This document shows, in pieces, positions 1-13,325 of a stretch of 64,000 nt of DNA (within the stretch, counting starts at the first letter, position 1; each line of letters begins with the position of its first letter). Where the stretch lies: NCBI GenBank assembly GCA_950097015.1, contig CATNEN010000038.1, positions 15,314,001 to 15,378,000 on the forward strand, in the 5' to 3' direction. Source of the DNA: Macrostomum hystrix. Taxonomy: Eukaryota > Animalia > Platyhelminthes. The translations under genes and the position numbers were made by a program. The notes beneath the pieces are model-generated. The model was not told where the DNA came from. It searched no databases and saw only the letters and a list, made by a program, of their open reading frames with translations.

Positions 1-19
1 CTCTGTCCTTCCATCAGGT

Positions 20-2898
20 TCACACGGGCATCAGCTGAGTGCAGGCGGTGTTGGCTCCGATTGTCGCAACAGCGATCGTCATGACGGTCAGTGCAATGTC
101 AGCCGAGTAGAAACTGCTGCGAGCGGACTTTCTGCCCACAGTGACTGACGTGGCAGTGGGGCTGGCGGTGGTCGGATCGGTGGCCGCGCTTACCGAGGCC
201 GTAGCATTCACGCTATTCTGCAGCAGAACAGTCTCAACGACCCTGAGTGAACAGGTGATGCGAATTTGTGCAAGATGGCGAGATAAGAACCTTTCTACGA
301 TTTAACAAAATTCGTAAGTGCTCAAAAAACAATAAATATGTTCGTAGCTAATTAGGGGGTTGTAGTATGATGGTTAGAGCATCGGACTACTTAAAATTCG
401 GCTGTGCTTAATCGATAAAATCAATAAAATCGATAAAATCGATAAAAACGATAAAAACGATAAAATCGATAAAATCGATAAAATCGATAAAATCGATAAA
501 ATCGATAAAATCGATAAAATCGATAAAAACGATAAAACCGATAAAACCGATAAAATCGATAAAATCGATAAAAACGATAAAAATCGATAAAAACGCTCAT
601 TATGCTTCATTTTGGCTTATTAAATTCGTTTTTATTACTTACCCGCTTAAGTTCATGCCGTTCGTGATGTTCTGAATAGCACTGGCTGATAGAGCAATGG
701 CCAGGTCGCTCGTCCCGGTTGCTCGCTTCTCTCTGTCAAGGTAGACCACATCGCTTTCGAAGGGTTCTTCATAGGCAGCGCCTAGGTCGCGACGCCGACG
801 GCCTGCTTTATTGCTTGTCGTTGTGCTCATCGCTGGCGTCGAAGTGATTACTATATGTGTACCGCTACTTACACCAACGGTTCCGGTTGTCATGGGTGCT
901 GAGCCAAGAGGTGTACTACCGGTGATGGGACCTGGACTTGTTGGAGGCGAAACAGGAGTTGTTCTGGTCATGCCTGGAGCTGTGGCCGCAGATGTAACAG
1001 CCGGGACGGAAGCAGCACCCGGAGTTGTTCCAGCGGGGACGGAAGCAGCACCCGGAGTTGTTCCAGCGGGGACGGAAGCGGCACCCGGAGTTGTTCCAGC
1101 GGGGACGGAAGCGGCACCCGGAGTTGTTCCAGCGGGGACGGAAGCGGCACCCGGAGTTGTTCCAGCGGGGACGGAAGCGGCACCCGGAGTTGTTCCAGCG
1201 GGGACGGAAGCGGCACCCGGTGTTGTTCCAGCGGGGACGGAAGCAGCACCCGGTGATGTTCCAGCGGGGACCGAAGCAGCACCCGGAGTCGTACTGGAAT
1301 TCATTCGATTAGCATTAGCAGAGCTAACCGTAGAGTTTGGAGCAGCTGTTGAATTATTAACTGGCGCCTTGGTTGTTGAAGTTGTTATAGCCGCCGTTGT
1401 TGGCGTTGTAGACTGCGCAGTCGTCGCGTACGTGAGCGCAGCGCAAAGGGTGCTATTCCTGTTGGGCAGCAGGCGGATCACGAGATTGGTCGAGGTTCTG
1501 GATCCGATTACGGATAGAATCGGTAGCTCGGCGACGTCAGCCATGGCAGATACACTTGCTGATTTGTTGCTCTGATCTGGCCTGCAAATATGAAAATGGA
1601 CGACAGGGCACTTTTTATTAGCCTATCGGCACCAATTCAGACTTCGCAGCAAATAAAGAACATCTCTACGAGAGCGCACTTGGATCCCAGTGGTTCGAGC
1701 TTTGGACTTCGGATCGAAGTTAGAGACGGTAGACTGACAACTTAAAGGTTGGGGGTTCGATTCCCATCTCCCGTCTCCATTGCTTCAGTTCACCCAGCTG
1801 TTATTTGGGTAGCAAAATTAACTGGGGTAATTTAGGGTGTTGTCAATAACAATCATCATGTCAATCAATAATAATTGATTATTATTATTATTCACTTCAC
1901 CCAGAACAGTAATGGGAACTTGCAATTGCCACGGTAGAAATTTGTCCTCCACAGTCCATGGAATGAACAGCTGTAAAAAGCTTTTGGAAGCGCTGCTGGC
2001 CCTACTGGGCTTTCGATTCTATACCATAGACATAAGCCCACTCACCAGCTAGAGGAACCCGGACAGCACAGCAGGTAGTTTAGGCTCTCGCGACAGAATT
2101 TGTTGTACGCGTTCAAGATAGCATTCTGTATTTTCACATGCAGTCCTTTCACCTGAAAGTTGGGCAATTTTTATGAGTTAAAAAATTGGCATCGTTCTTT
2201 CGGTTGTTAAAAAAATCACTCGGCTTACTCTGTCAGGTGACGGTCCGTTAAGGTTAACAAACAGATCGCCTGCCTTCTGCGAGTCTAGAACGAATTCGTC
2301 ACGGCGTTGCGAAAAAAATTAGTAACAGAACGCAGAACATATTGTTGACACTATATTGTATTAATTATACTGTTAATTTATCGTTAACTGTCCTAGTCAC
2401 CCGGTTCTTCGACAAGAATCGCTGAACATCTTGACGATGCGGACTCGTACGGCTTTGAAAGTTAGTTCATCGTAAAGGGGCGAAAAGGTTTGATTCTGAT
2501 GGTGGACTTCCAAAGAAAATCGGTCATTCGGTTTGGAGCCTATGTGAAATAGGCAGTGGGTATTTGAAATAGCCAGGGGGAAATCGCGTGGCCTCTTTAT
2601 CCGTCAAACAAGCAACTCACAGGTTGTGCAGTGCGTGGAATAGAAGCACAAGTTGGTGTAGCTGACGTTTGACGTGCCATTGGTGCAAAGCTCGACGCCG
2701 AAGCCGGTGTCGCAGGTTGTTTGACTGTTGCATTGCGTCCGATTGCATTGCGAAGCGACCAATGTAAAAAGCCCTATATTAGAAAATATTGTTTAATCTT
2801 TATTAATTAGACATTTTCAGGAGATGAAAAACACAAAAATACTCAAGTTTTTTCTTACCGAACAGAAGGGTAGTAACGAGGGCTTGACGCAGCGACAT
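20..2898 (-). CDS. Secreted or GPI-anchored mucin-like protein (505 aa, 6 coding exons) with N-terminal Cys-rich Kazal-like motif, 11-aa Thr/Pro/Ala repeats and two furin-type sites
   Basis: Phase-consistent GT-AG exons 2898-2859, 2773-2621, 2284-2229, 2152-2046, 1581-643, 242-20 (1518 nt). Signal peptide MSLRQALVTTLLFGLFTLVAS; ELCTNGTSNVSYTNLC; (TTPGAASVPAG)n; GRRRRD and REKRA; hydrophobic C-terminus IALTVMTIAVATIGA. Confidence 0.8.
357..395 (+). mobile_element. Truncated tRNA-derived head of CORE-SINE (family B)
   Basis: GGGGTTGTAGTATGATGGTTAGAGCATCGGACT matches the head of the full copy at 54301. Confidence 0.55.
411..592. repeat. 9-bp minisatellite (ATCGATAAA)n in the last intron of the mucin-like gene
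   Basis: About 20 tandem copies, with AACGAT/ACCGAT variants. Confidence 0.95.
1004..1290 (-). repeat. Coding 33-bp tandem repeat (TTPGAASVPAG, about 9 copies)
   Basis: Unit GCACCCGGAGTTGTTCCAGCGGGGACGGAAGCR lies inside exon 5 of the mucin-like gene. Confidence 0.9.
1718..1975 (+). mobile_element. Degenerate CORE-SINE (family B) in intron
   Basis: B-box GGTTCGATTCCC, TTGCTTCAGTTCACCCAGCTGTTA..GGGT and CAGTCCATGGAATGAACAGC are shared with the copy at 54301. Confidence 0.75.
2388..2580 (-). repeat. Dispersed repeat family C (unclassified), intronic copy
   Basis: Reverse complement matches 21745-21920 and 36533-36645; same orientation as 47585-47760 (TTTCAAATACCCACTGCCTA..CTCCAAACCGAATGA..CAGCGATTCTTGTCGAAGA). 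Confidence 0.75.
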
Positions 2899-3589
2899 CT
2901 TCCACGATCAACAGAAAATTGACGGCCTTCTTCCTTTCTTTGTGTTAAACTTGAATGAAATCGAAGCACGATGACTTGAAGCAAAAAGTTGATGTCCGGA
3001 GGCTGCATTAAATATATATCAGAGAAGCCCGCGAGTTCCTTGGATACCACCCGCGTTGGCACCTCAATTCGCCCGCGTCGCTTTGTCCTACCTTCCAATC
3101 CAGGCGACGCGTACCTTGTACAATCCACCTCCGAGTTTGTTAGGCTCTGGTTGCTAACAACAAATCCCTCCCCTGCCTGGGTAGGCAGAACGGGAGAATA
3201 GCTCCCGATGGATGCTTGCTTAGCCGCGGGAACAGCGTTTGAGTAGGGATGGAGAACTCAGGCTTTCGCATCAGTTTTCGCTCAGTCCCTGCTGGCTCAG
3301 TACACAAGCCGTTCTGCTCTCAAATATCAGTTCGCGGCCGGGTTGAGGATGGAAAAAAGAGAAAGTGGGAATTAAATTCGTTGCTATGGAAACCGTGAAT
3401 CAGCAGCAGCAGAGTCAGCAGCGGTAGAAGCAGTCTACACTTTTGTTTGCCCAAGACAAAACTTCATATTTAAATTCATACGAGCTTCACAAAGTCTACT
3501 GCCTGTAGTCACCTTTGATTGCCTTTGCTTGGACTAAATTGTTTTGACTCCTGGCCTTCCGCTAAAATTCGGAGTCAAGAGGGTGAGGA

Positions 3590-3885
3590 TGAGTGGCAGA
3601 GCGGTCTAACGCGTTTGCCTCTCGCACGAAGGTTCCTGAGCTCGATTCCGCCGCGAGGCCTAGGGTTGTAGTGCAATATACGCCCTTGAGGGCCAACCTC
3701 CAAGGCACAGTGAGAGTGTACACTGCGTGACGATGAGAAAGTCAGGGCAGATGTACACACCTGTGTGAGTGTGTGCCTGTGTACAGTATCTGTGTGCATG
3801 TGTGCTCAGGAGTCAGCGAAAGGGGCAGAATTTCCTCCTCACTTGCGGCGGCCGCAGCCCTCCTGCAATAAATATTATATTATTA
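3590..3885 (+). mobile_element. tRNA-derived SINE family A
   Basis: A-box TGGCAGAGCGG, B-box-like GCTCGATTCC, conserved body GGCCAACCTCCAAGGCACAGTGAGAGTGTACAC..., AT-rich (ATT)n-type tail; 7 copies in the window. Confidence 0.85.
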
Positions 3886-3967
3886 AAACTCGTAGTCCGG
3901 GCCTAATAGACTAACATTCTATAACCTCTGTTTGCTTGAAGACCAATCCATTTTATTCAGTTGTTGG

Positions 3968-4218
3968 GCAGCGAATGCATTAGCTATGCTAGTCTCACTA
4001 TGCATTAGTGAGAGACCATCCTTTATAGCAGCGAATGCATTAGCTACGCTAGTCTCACTATGCATTAGTGAGAGACCATCCTTTATAGCAGCGAATGCAT
4101 TAGCTACGCTAGTCTCACTATGCATTAGTGAGAGACCATCCTTTATAGCAGCGAATGCATTAGCTACGCTAGTCTCACTATGCATTAGTGAGAGACCATC
4201 CTTTATAGCAGCGAATGT
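3968..4218. repeat. 60-bp tandem repeat (about 4 copies) with internal hairpin TCTCACTA-TGCAT-TAGTGAGA
   Basis: Near-identical 60-nt units with no spacers. Confidence 0.95.
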
Positions 4219-6790
4219 CTTCGATTCGACCAAACCAATTAGTTTCGTGCTCAAAATGAAGAAACTCTAATCGAAAATGATTTTCTCCGGTTTCCATGGT
4301 TACATTAAACATATATCGAGTATGGCCTTCTTATGCCTAAAGCACACATTACTGCGTTATAATTTTCTAACAATATTTTTTTACTCTGCCCGCAAGCGGT
4401 TTAAGCTGAAAAGTTTGTTGAACAACCGAGAACGAGCGAGGGGTGCTGCAGAAGCAGCTTGAAATGTTTGACTGATAGAATAAAGAATGAAGCTCCACAA
4501 ATTCTCTGAGCGAACACTGAGCGAATCTGAATTCTTGTGCTAGCATTTTAGCATGGAAAAGTTTTAAAGAGAATTTTAAAAAGCTCTCTTATAATGGATT
4601 AAGAAAGTCGGGAGAGAGGAAGAGATGAGAATGCGAGTACGGGGAGAGCTCGCTTGTGGGAGAATCTGCTCATTGTAATTGGGGACTAGACTCACACGGA
4701 CTCGTGCGCGGAGGAGCAAAAGTTTGCTAAGCTCAGCAAATGGCTGACTGAGCAAACTGAGCCATCAATTCTTTACTTTGCGTCGTCCGCGTATATTTGC
4801 GTCGCCATGGTGACGGGATGGGAATGGATTTTTTTAGTCCACAATGGCGAGAGTGTAATGCTGAGTATAGCTGTTACTGCAATCCGTTGTCTGTTGTCTT
4901 TTCAAACAAGCTGCTGGAACCAGTCGATTTAAGTTCCAGCCATGTCGATCACTAATTGCCTTCTACAGGTGCCTAGAATTGTCTGCCGGAATCATAACTG
5001 CCATTTAATTTTAGCATTAGCGATAAAAGTATAGGTCGCCCTTAAAAATCGGTAATTCTTAAGTGTTATTCACAGCAGTGCAAAAATAGTATAATTCTTT
5101 GGCTTCACAATTTTTGGTGTGCTGGCCAGATCATGGAAAAGCGAAGCAACGTACGCTGCTCGTACTATTGTATTCAATTTAGACCAAAAAGAAGATTTTT
5201 TCAGCATCTACTGTCTCTGTCTGTAAAGAGACTTGTCTGTAAAAAGGTATAATATTAGAAATATATATATCTAAAACCATATACAAAAAATGAAACTAGA
5301 GCAAAAATCAGGAGCTACCAGGAAATAAATGCTTATATTCTTAAGTAATTTATTAAAGGACAATCGACAGTGAAACTAACAACGCAATTTCTTTCGCTTA
5401 ATATACGTGTCTGACTCTCTGCAAACGTACATTGGGACAAAGCAAAAAACATTCATCGAATATTTAAGGCCTACATTTTAGTAACGTAGGTACATTTAAA
5501 AAGCGTTACTTTAAAAAGTCAAAATTGTTGTTTACAAAGCAGAGGCGTTACAAATTATGTTATTGAGTTGTTAAATCATTATTTTCTATTTTTCGTTAAT
5601 TTGGATACAGAACGGAGTTTTGCAGGTTATAACAAATTAGCAATAATTTATGGAACTCAAAGATACAAAGCCAAAATTATGTAAGCCTTAGCGATTTAAT
5701 AAAACGAATACTGTAAAGACACTTGTTCATAATATTTTCCTATGCGCAGTTTTTCGTTAAAAATTTTCGCTCGCAGTATTTTAACTATCGGATAAACCTC
5801 CCGCAGATTTAAGAAATCAGTGTCGTGTAAACTGAACCGTTTCTTTAATTTTCAAGTGTATTCTGCAGTCTAGTTTGTACTGACGTTTCATTAAAACACA
5901 GCTTTAAAAATGCTTTGCACTGCATTTGTAAGCTGGGAGATTCAAGATAAAGTTAAACTTCGAAGCATAATTTCACAGACAATACTAAACAAAAAGGAAG
6001 ACTCCGAGGAATTCAACGAACAGGACGGGTAAGGTACCAAAAATAGTCCAGAATAGGCTTAAAAATCACTGACCATAATTTTTTACGTCAGATTGTACGC
6101 ATAACTGGAAAAGGTTTTTAGACGTTTAAAGAGAAAAGACTTTGAATGTAACGACAGTGTTTGACAGAGTCATTGCCACAAAAAATCAAAACTAAAAAGC
6201 GCGGCAACGCATTAGAACTTTTTTGGAAAATAAAAGCAATTTAGTTAAATAAAATTAATAAAAATTAGAATTTTTGTAAATAATTAAAATTTAAAAAAAT
6301 AAATTTAGATAATTAAAATGTAGTCTTTTTCATCACATAACTCAAACAAAACATTATTATTAAGGATCAAGTTGGCTAAGTCGTTTAAATATACCCACTG
6401 TCTATTTAATGATTAAATATGACTAAAAGCAAATACTAGCTAATAGCTGAACGAATTGCTTTCAGTTTTTTATTTTCAATTGGTAAAATTGCAATAAAGA
6501 CAAAGTACTACGATTTAACTTATGTTAATGGTTTTTAATCGTTTTCTAATAAACAATGTCATATGTATTTATAATTCGAATATTATTTATTTGTTTTATA
6601 CGCTTAGGTTCATGTGGTGGATATATGGTGAGCGTAATAAGATTATAGACAGATAAGTTTAGAAGACGCTGCTTATCATATGAGAAACGCATTGCTTTGT
6701 TTTAAAAATGCAATCAAGTTGAAACTGTTGAATTAAACAAATCTTGGATCGTCTCGCTCGCCAACTCAACACACCAAACACAGAGCCGAC

Positions 6791-7129
6791 TTGGCCACAG
6801 CCCCGCCGAAAAGTTTCGTCCGACTCTGCCCCTTTCAACATCCGGAGCTATCCAGCCCGCCAACCACCAGGGACACCTGCGAACTGCGCTTATCCTGCTG
6901 TCACGACTCCGGCCGAGGCGGTAACAGCAGCGGCAGCGGCAGCGGCAGTTTCAGCGGAGCCCGTCTGCACACGGCTAGCGTGGCCGCCACGGCCAAAGTT
7001 GCCGAGGTCTACGATTCTCGCGGCGAGTACGCCTGTACTATCAGGGGCGCACCGATTGGATCACTGGCTAGCAGCTGGTGCCGGTTCACCTATTCACTGC
7101 AGGAGCCGGGACCCGAGGTCAGGTTCAAG
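6791..7129 (+). CDS. PAAT: C10orf88/PAAT-like protein, upstream coding exon (true start unresolved)
   Basis: CELRLSC...LHTASVAATAKVAEVYDSRGEYACTIRG resembles the PAAT N-terminal motif as I recall it (CFLYLRC..IASIGILSSARNMEVYLGEEYCGTSRG). Phase-0 donor AAG|GTAATT at 7129. No in-frame ATG after the stop at 6734, so an upstream exon is needed. Confidence 0.7.
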
Positions 7130-7242
7130 GTAATTGTGCTAATACTTACGCCATATTAAGTTTGAGCACAAGCCTGTTTGTTTAAATCACAACATCAAAG
7201 ACAGGAATGTTAAAGGACATTTTGAAAAGTATTGTACCACTA

Positions 7243-7916
7243 GTTAGACAGAAAAGTCACCTGTTAGACATTTTCATCAACTGTTAGACAGTAGGATCAC
7301 CTGTTAGACACGAATATCACCTGTTAGACACGAATATCACCTGTTAGACAGCAACATTACCTGTTAGACAGAATTTCCTGTTAGACATTAACATCAACTG
7401 TTAGACAGTAGCATCACCTGTTAGACTGGAATATCACCTGTTAGACAGAATTTCCTGTTAGACATTAACATCAACTGTTAGACAGAACAATCGCCTGTTA
7501 CACAGTAATCACCTGCTACACAGTAATCACCTGCTACACAGTAATCACCTGCTACACAGTAATCACCTGCTACACAGTAATCACATGCTACACAGTAATC
7601 ACCTGCTACACAGTAATCACCTGTAACAAATAATATTTGCCTACTACACATAAGAACTACCTGTAACATATAAGAATCACCTTTTACACATAATAATCAC
7701 CTGTTACACAGTAATCACCTGCTACACAGTAATCACCTGCTACACAGTAATCACCTGTAACAAATAATATTTACCTACTACACATAAGAACAACCCGTAA
7801 CATATAAGAATCACATTTTACACATAATAATCACCTGTTACACATAATAGTTACCTGTTACACATAATAGTTACCTGTTACACATAATAGTTACCTGTTA
7901 CACATAAGAATCACCT
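7243..7916. repeat. 18-20-bp minisatellite (CACCTGTTAGACA.../CACCTGCTACACAGTAAT)
   Basis: Tandem units that drift along the array; intronic. Confidence 0.9.
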
Positions 7917-8810
7917 GGGTAAAGAGGATCAGTTGGGTAAAACGAAAAAACTTCGGTAGAAGTATACATTCAATAGCAAGCCGCTTTCCATTCGTACAGG
8001 AATGAGTGATTAGGCCTGGTGTTTGCATACATGGCCCAAAAACTTATGCTGATGAGGCGATATCATTCATAAGCTATCATAATTTTAGTCAGCACAGCAA
8101 CAGATCTTATCGATAAGACTATCAGGCATATCAACTTCGTGAGTCATCAATTATTTATACCGACTTGGCCATCGGTTAGGCAAACTATGAGTCCATTTAA
8201 TGTGCTAATTAATATGGATTTATTTATGTCATGTTATGGAGGCCTATGAGAAATCGAATAAGTATCATAACTAACGATTTTATGCTCAAATAATATACTG
8301 AAGTATATTATATACTTCCTATCTTAAAAGCAAAGCGTCAAAATTTACGATTTTAAGACAAACAATTTTTTTAATCTTCTAAAACTATCGTTTTCTTAAA
8401 AACTGGATTCCTGAAAAAATGTTCTTATACTTTTTTTCTGCCGAAAGCAGACAAACCAGCCGAAACCCGGATGTCCGGGTTGCCCCCCTAAAGGATATTG
8501 AGCCGAGGTTTTTCTTGATTTCCAAATATTATAATTTACAGCACCTTATCAGCTAATAAAAGTTGTCTAACCGTCGCAGCAGACTTCGCATTATGGCCTT
8601 ATGGTCTGCGAATCTCCTAATTCAGCAATATCTGAGATCTTATCAAAGAGAGAGACATGGGTTTGGTCGAGACCTGAAAAAAACATAGAAGCGTTCGCGT
8701 GTCTATTTCTCCTTTTAATTTGTAAGTTCCAGCTGTCTCTCAGCAGAAAATAGAGGAGGAGAAATATAAAAACAGGATAGAAGAGGGGGAGACGAGGGGA
8801 AAGAACAAAA

Positions 8811-9076
8811 GAGGAGAGGAGAGGAGAGGAGAGGAGAGGAGAGGAGAGGAGAGGAGAGGAGAGGAGAGGAGAGGAGAGGAGAGGAGAGGAGAGGAGAGGA
8901 GAGGAGAGGAGAGTAGAAGAAAGGAGAGGAGAGGAGAGGGGATGAGAGGAGACGAGATGAGAGGAGAGGAGAGGAGAGGAGAGGGGAGGAGAGGGGAGGA
9001 GAGGAGAGGAGAGGGGAGGAGAGGGGAGGAGAGGAGAGGAGAGGAGAGGAGAGGAGAGGAGATGAGAGGAGAGGAG
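8811..9076. repeat. (GAGGA)n polypurine microsatellite
   Basis: Directly visible. Confidence 0.95.
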
Positions 9077-11042
9077 TCGGGTTGGCTTGCAAGCCAATAG
9101 TTGTCTGATAGATACCGATCAAATTTGTGTCCCAACTCAACAGAAAACTCGGCTCAGCTTGCATAACAAAATATTTCAGCGCTTTGCATTCCATTTAGTG
9201 AGGTTATTTTAAGCCTGGATCTAAGCCAAGAAATCAGAGCGCGGGTCTCTGAAAAGGTCTTTAATTTGCCAGAAAGGTTTGCACTTCAATTTAGCAAGGA
9301 GTTTAGGCAGAGCAGCCAAATATCTATGATACAGTGGGACACAGCGCAGAGATTCGCAATTTCTGCCAAATTCCTATTTCTCAGCCTACTTCATTAATCT
9401 TGGCCACCCCCTCTGTCTACCCCATCGCTCCGCTTCCTCATTTTGGAGGATGAAAAATCAAGGGGGGATACGAATGGAAAATGGGGCGCTAATCCTAGAA
9501 ATCTAGAAAAAAAAGCGAACAGAAATTGTTTAGAAATGAAGAAAGGAGCTGCAGGGATGCAAAAAAAGATCCCCAAGGCACTTGCCCGCTGTGCCCCGAT
9601 GCTAAATCCCAAATCTTTTGACTCTTAGCCCCATCGCAACCCTCGATCCCTAATCCCAAATCCCTCCGCGCTATTTTTGGCTGGAAGCAACACGTCTTTA
9701 ATGATGAAGCTTTTCTTCCGATGGGTCAATGAATCAATCAATAAAAGCGCAACAAATATCTGAATAATCAAAAAATCTTTTTAATATACAAAAATATATA
9801 TATTTATCAGTCAGTTAATAAAGCAGTCGAAGAAAATCTAACTTAGTCAAGAGCTGTAACGATTTCTTATGCAAAAAAATTGAGTCCTCGCAGTAAGAGC
9901 CCGTCCAAACGGCAGTGAGCCAATTCAGGCCGAGAGTCAAAATATATTTAAGTTTAACAGAGCGATAAGGAAGGGGGGTTGGTTAGAAGGGTAACATGTG
10001 CGCGGACTGGCCAGAGGTAAGAGATGAAACGCAGGGGAAGGAAAGAGAGACGAGGTGAGAGCCAATCAGAGCCGAGAGAGAAGATAAGGCAAATAAATAA
10101 ATTGAACAGGCAGGGGGAGAGAGGAGAGAGTACATTAAGAGGGCGCGCGAAATGACAAACCAGGGAGAAGTTAATACAAGAGCACTGGAAGGAGGGGAGA
10201 GGAAAGTAGAGGGGATATTTTTATTTTAAAATGAATCAAATCAATTGCGAAACAAATCAATTAAGCAATGTTCAATCGGTAAATCAATCAATTCATCATT
10301 TAATCAATTTTATCATTTTTAATTGATCAATCAAGCTATCAATTCAGAAATCGACAAATCAATTAATAACCCGATCAGTCAATCAATAAAAAAAAAAAAC
10401 CAACCGTTCTATAAATTAAACATCCAAACTGAGCAGTAAAATGAATCAATCAACTTGCGCAATCATGAACCATTGTCTCCGACCGCACAGCATAGCCCTG
10501 ACTGTCCTGAGCTGCTACCTATTTCGCGGCCTAATTAATTCCGAATTCCGGTCAGCTTTTCTGAACGCTGCTAAGCAATTAATTCAACTCAATGTATAAA
10601 ATATTCATAAATTGACCAGTATTTAAGCTAGCTCAATGAAATGCCATGTCAGGTGTAGTAATTACAAGTCGAATACAAAATTCGTGCTAATTAATCGCTA
10701 ACCTAGCTTCCCTTGTAGACCCAAGCAATATTTAAGTCCGTATCTACGAGCTACTCTCCAACTCGAAGAAAAACTAAAAGATAGATGCATTTTCTGAAAC
10801 AGTTGCCTCCTCTGTTTTGTCTTCCTCGGAGACAGATTTAACACTCGAGTTGAATATTTGGCTTCGGTTTGGGATTATTTTTTTCTTGAAAAAGAGGAAA
10901 TTATTTTTCCCAACATAATCCGCTTGGCAACAGATCTGCCTCGAAAATCCCTTAGGCACAGTTCCTGCTAGAATAACCTGTCCCCTTTGCAATACTGTCC
11001 TGTCCTATCTTTCCAAACTAATTATAGTTCAACTACTTGTTA

Positions 11043-13325
11043 CCTCTCCTACTAGTTCCTCTCCTACTAGTTCTTCTCCTACTGGTTCCAGTCCTACTAG
11101 TTCCTCTTCTTCTAGTTCCTCTCCTACTAGTTCTTCTCCTACTAGTTCCTCTCCTACTATAGTTCCTCTCCTACTAGTTCTTCTCCTACTGGTTCCAGTC
11201 CTACTAGTTCCTCTTCTTCTAGTTCCTCTCCTACTAGTTCCTCTCCTACTAGTTCCTCTCCTACTAGTTCCTCTCCTACTAGTTCTTCTCCTACTGGTTC
11301 CAGTCCTACTAGTTCCTCTTCTTCTAGTTCCTCTCCTACTAGTTCCTCTCCTACTAGTTCCTCTCCTACTAGTTCCTCTCCTACTAGTTCTTCTCCTACT
11401 GGTTCCAGTCCTACTAGTTCCTCTTCTTCTAGTTCCTCTCCTACTAGTTCTTCTCCTACTGGTTCCAGTCCTACTAGTTCCTCTTCTTCTAGTTCCTCTC
11501 CTACTAGTTCTTCTCCTACTGGTTCCAGTCCTACTAGTTCCTCTTCTTCTAGTTCCTCTCCTACTAGTTCTTCTCCTACTGGTTCCAGTCCTACTAGTTC
11601 CTCTTCTTCTAGTTCCTCTCCTACTAGTTCTTCTCCTACTGGTTCCAGTCCTACTAGTTCCTCTTCTTCTAGTTCCTCTCCTACTAGTTCCTCTCCTACT
11701 AGTTCCAGTCCTACTAGTTCCTCTTCTTCTAGTTCCTCTCCTACTAGTTCCTCTCCTACTAGTTCCAGTCCTACTAGTTCCTCTCCTACTAGTTCCAGTC
11801 CTACTAGTTCCTCTCCTACTAGTTCCAGTCCTACTAGTTCCTCTCCTACTAGTTCCAGTTCTACTAGTTCCTCTCCTACTAGTTCTTCTCCTACTGGTTC
11901 CAGTCCTACTAGTTCCTCTTCTTCTAGTTCCTCTCCTACTAGTTCTTCTCCTACTGGTTCCAGTCCTACTAGTTCCTCTTCTTCTAGTTCCTCTCCTACT
12001 AGTTCTTCTCCTACTGGTTCCAGTCCTACTAGTTCCTCTTCTTCTAGTTCCTCTCCTACTAGTTCTTCTCCTACTGGTTCCAGTCCTACTAGTTCCTCTT
12101 CTTCTAGTTCCTCTCCTACTAGTTCTTCTCCTACTGGTTCCAGTCCTACTAGTTCCTCTTCTTCTAGTTCCTCTCCTACTAGTTCTTCTCCTACTGGTTC
12201 CAGTCCTACTAGTTCCTCTTCTTCTAGTTCCTCTCCTACTAGTTCCTCTCCTACTAGTTCCAGTCCTACTAGTTCCTCTTCTTCTAGTTCCTCTCCTACT
12301 AGTTCCTCTCCTACTAGTTCCAGTCCTACTAGTTCCTCTCCTACTAGTTCCAGTCCTACTAGTTCCTCTCCTACTAGTTCCAGTCCTACTAGTTCCTCTC
12401 CTACTAGTTCCAGTTCTACTAGTTCCTCTCCTACTAGTTCTTCTCCTACTGGTTCCAGTCCTACTAGTTCCTCTTCTTCTAGTTCCTCTCCTACTAGTTC
12501 TTCTCCTACTGGTTCCAGTCCTACTAGTTCCTCTTCTTCTAGTTCCTCTCCTACTAGTTCTTCTCCTACTGGTTCCAGTCCTACTAGTTCCTCTTCTTCT
12601 AGTTCCTCTCCTACTAGTTCCTCTCCTACTAGTTCCAGTCCTACTAGTTCCTCTTCTTCTAGTTCCTCTCCTACTAGTTCCTCTCCTACTAGTTCCAGTC
12701 CTACTAGTTCCTCTTCTTCTAGTTCCTCTCCTACTAGTTCCTCTCCTACTAGTTCAAGTCCTACTAGTTCCTCTTCTTCTAGTTCCTCTCCTACTAGTTC
12801 CTCTCCTAATAGTTCCAGTCCTACTAGTTCCTCTCTTACTAGTTCCTCTCCTACTAGTTCCAGTCCTACTAGTTCCTCTCCTACTAGTTCCAGTTCTACT
12901 AGTTCCTCTCCTAATAGTTCCAGTCCTACTAGTTCCTATCCTACTAGTTCCAGTTCTACTAGTTCCTCTCCTACTAGTTCCAGTTCTACTAGTTCCTCTC
13001 CTACTAGTTCCAGTCCTACTAGTTCCTCTCCTACTAGTTCCAGTCCTACTTGTTTCTCTCCTACTAGTTCCAGTCCTACTAGTTCCTCTCCTACTAGTTC
13101 CAGTTCTACTAGTTCCTCTCCTACTAGTTCCAGTTCTACTAGTTCCTCTCCTACTAGTTCCAGTTATACTAGTTTCTCTCCTACTAGTTCCAGTTCTACT
13201 AGTTCCTCTCCTACTAGTTCCAGTTCTACTAGTTCCTCTCCTACTAGTTCCAGTTCTAGTAGTTCCAGTCCTACTAGTTCCAGTTCTAGTAGTTCCAGTC
13301 CTACTTGTTCCTCTCCTACAAGTTC
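11043..13325. repeat. 15-bp minisatellite (CCTACTAGTTCCTCT)n, 2.3 kb, with 60-bp higher-order blocks
   Basis: Unit has an ACTAGT core; recurring variants GGT, CCAGT and TCTTCT. Confidence 0.97.

Noticed and set aside
811-1575. 254-aa plus-strand ORF
   Set aside because: Antisense shadow of the spliced minus-strand mucin-like gene.
3968-4218. Palindromic 60-bp repeat resembling a CRISPR array
   Set aside because: Units are identical with no unique spacers, there are no cas genes, and the context is eukaryotic.
8591-8673. Possible nested minus-strand exon in the PAAT-like intron (acceptor TTTTTTTCAG; also ORF 10774-10992)
   Set aside because: I could not build a phase-consistent gene or recognise a product.
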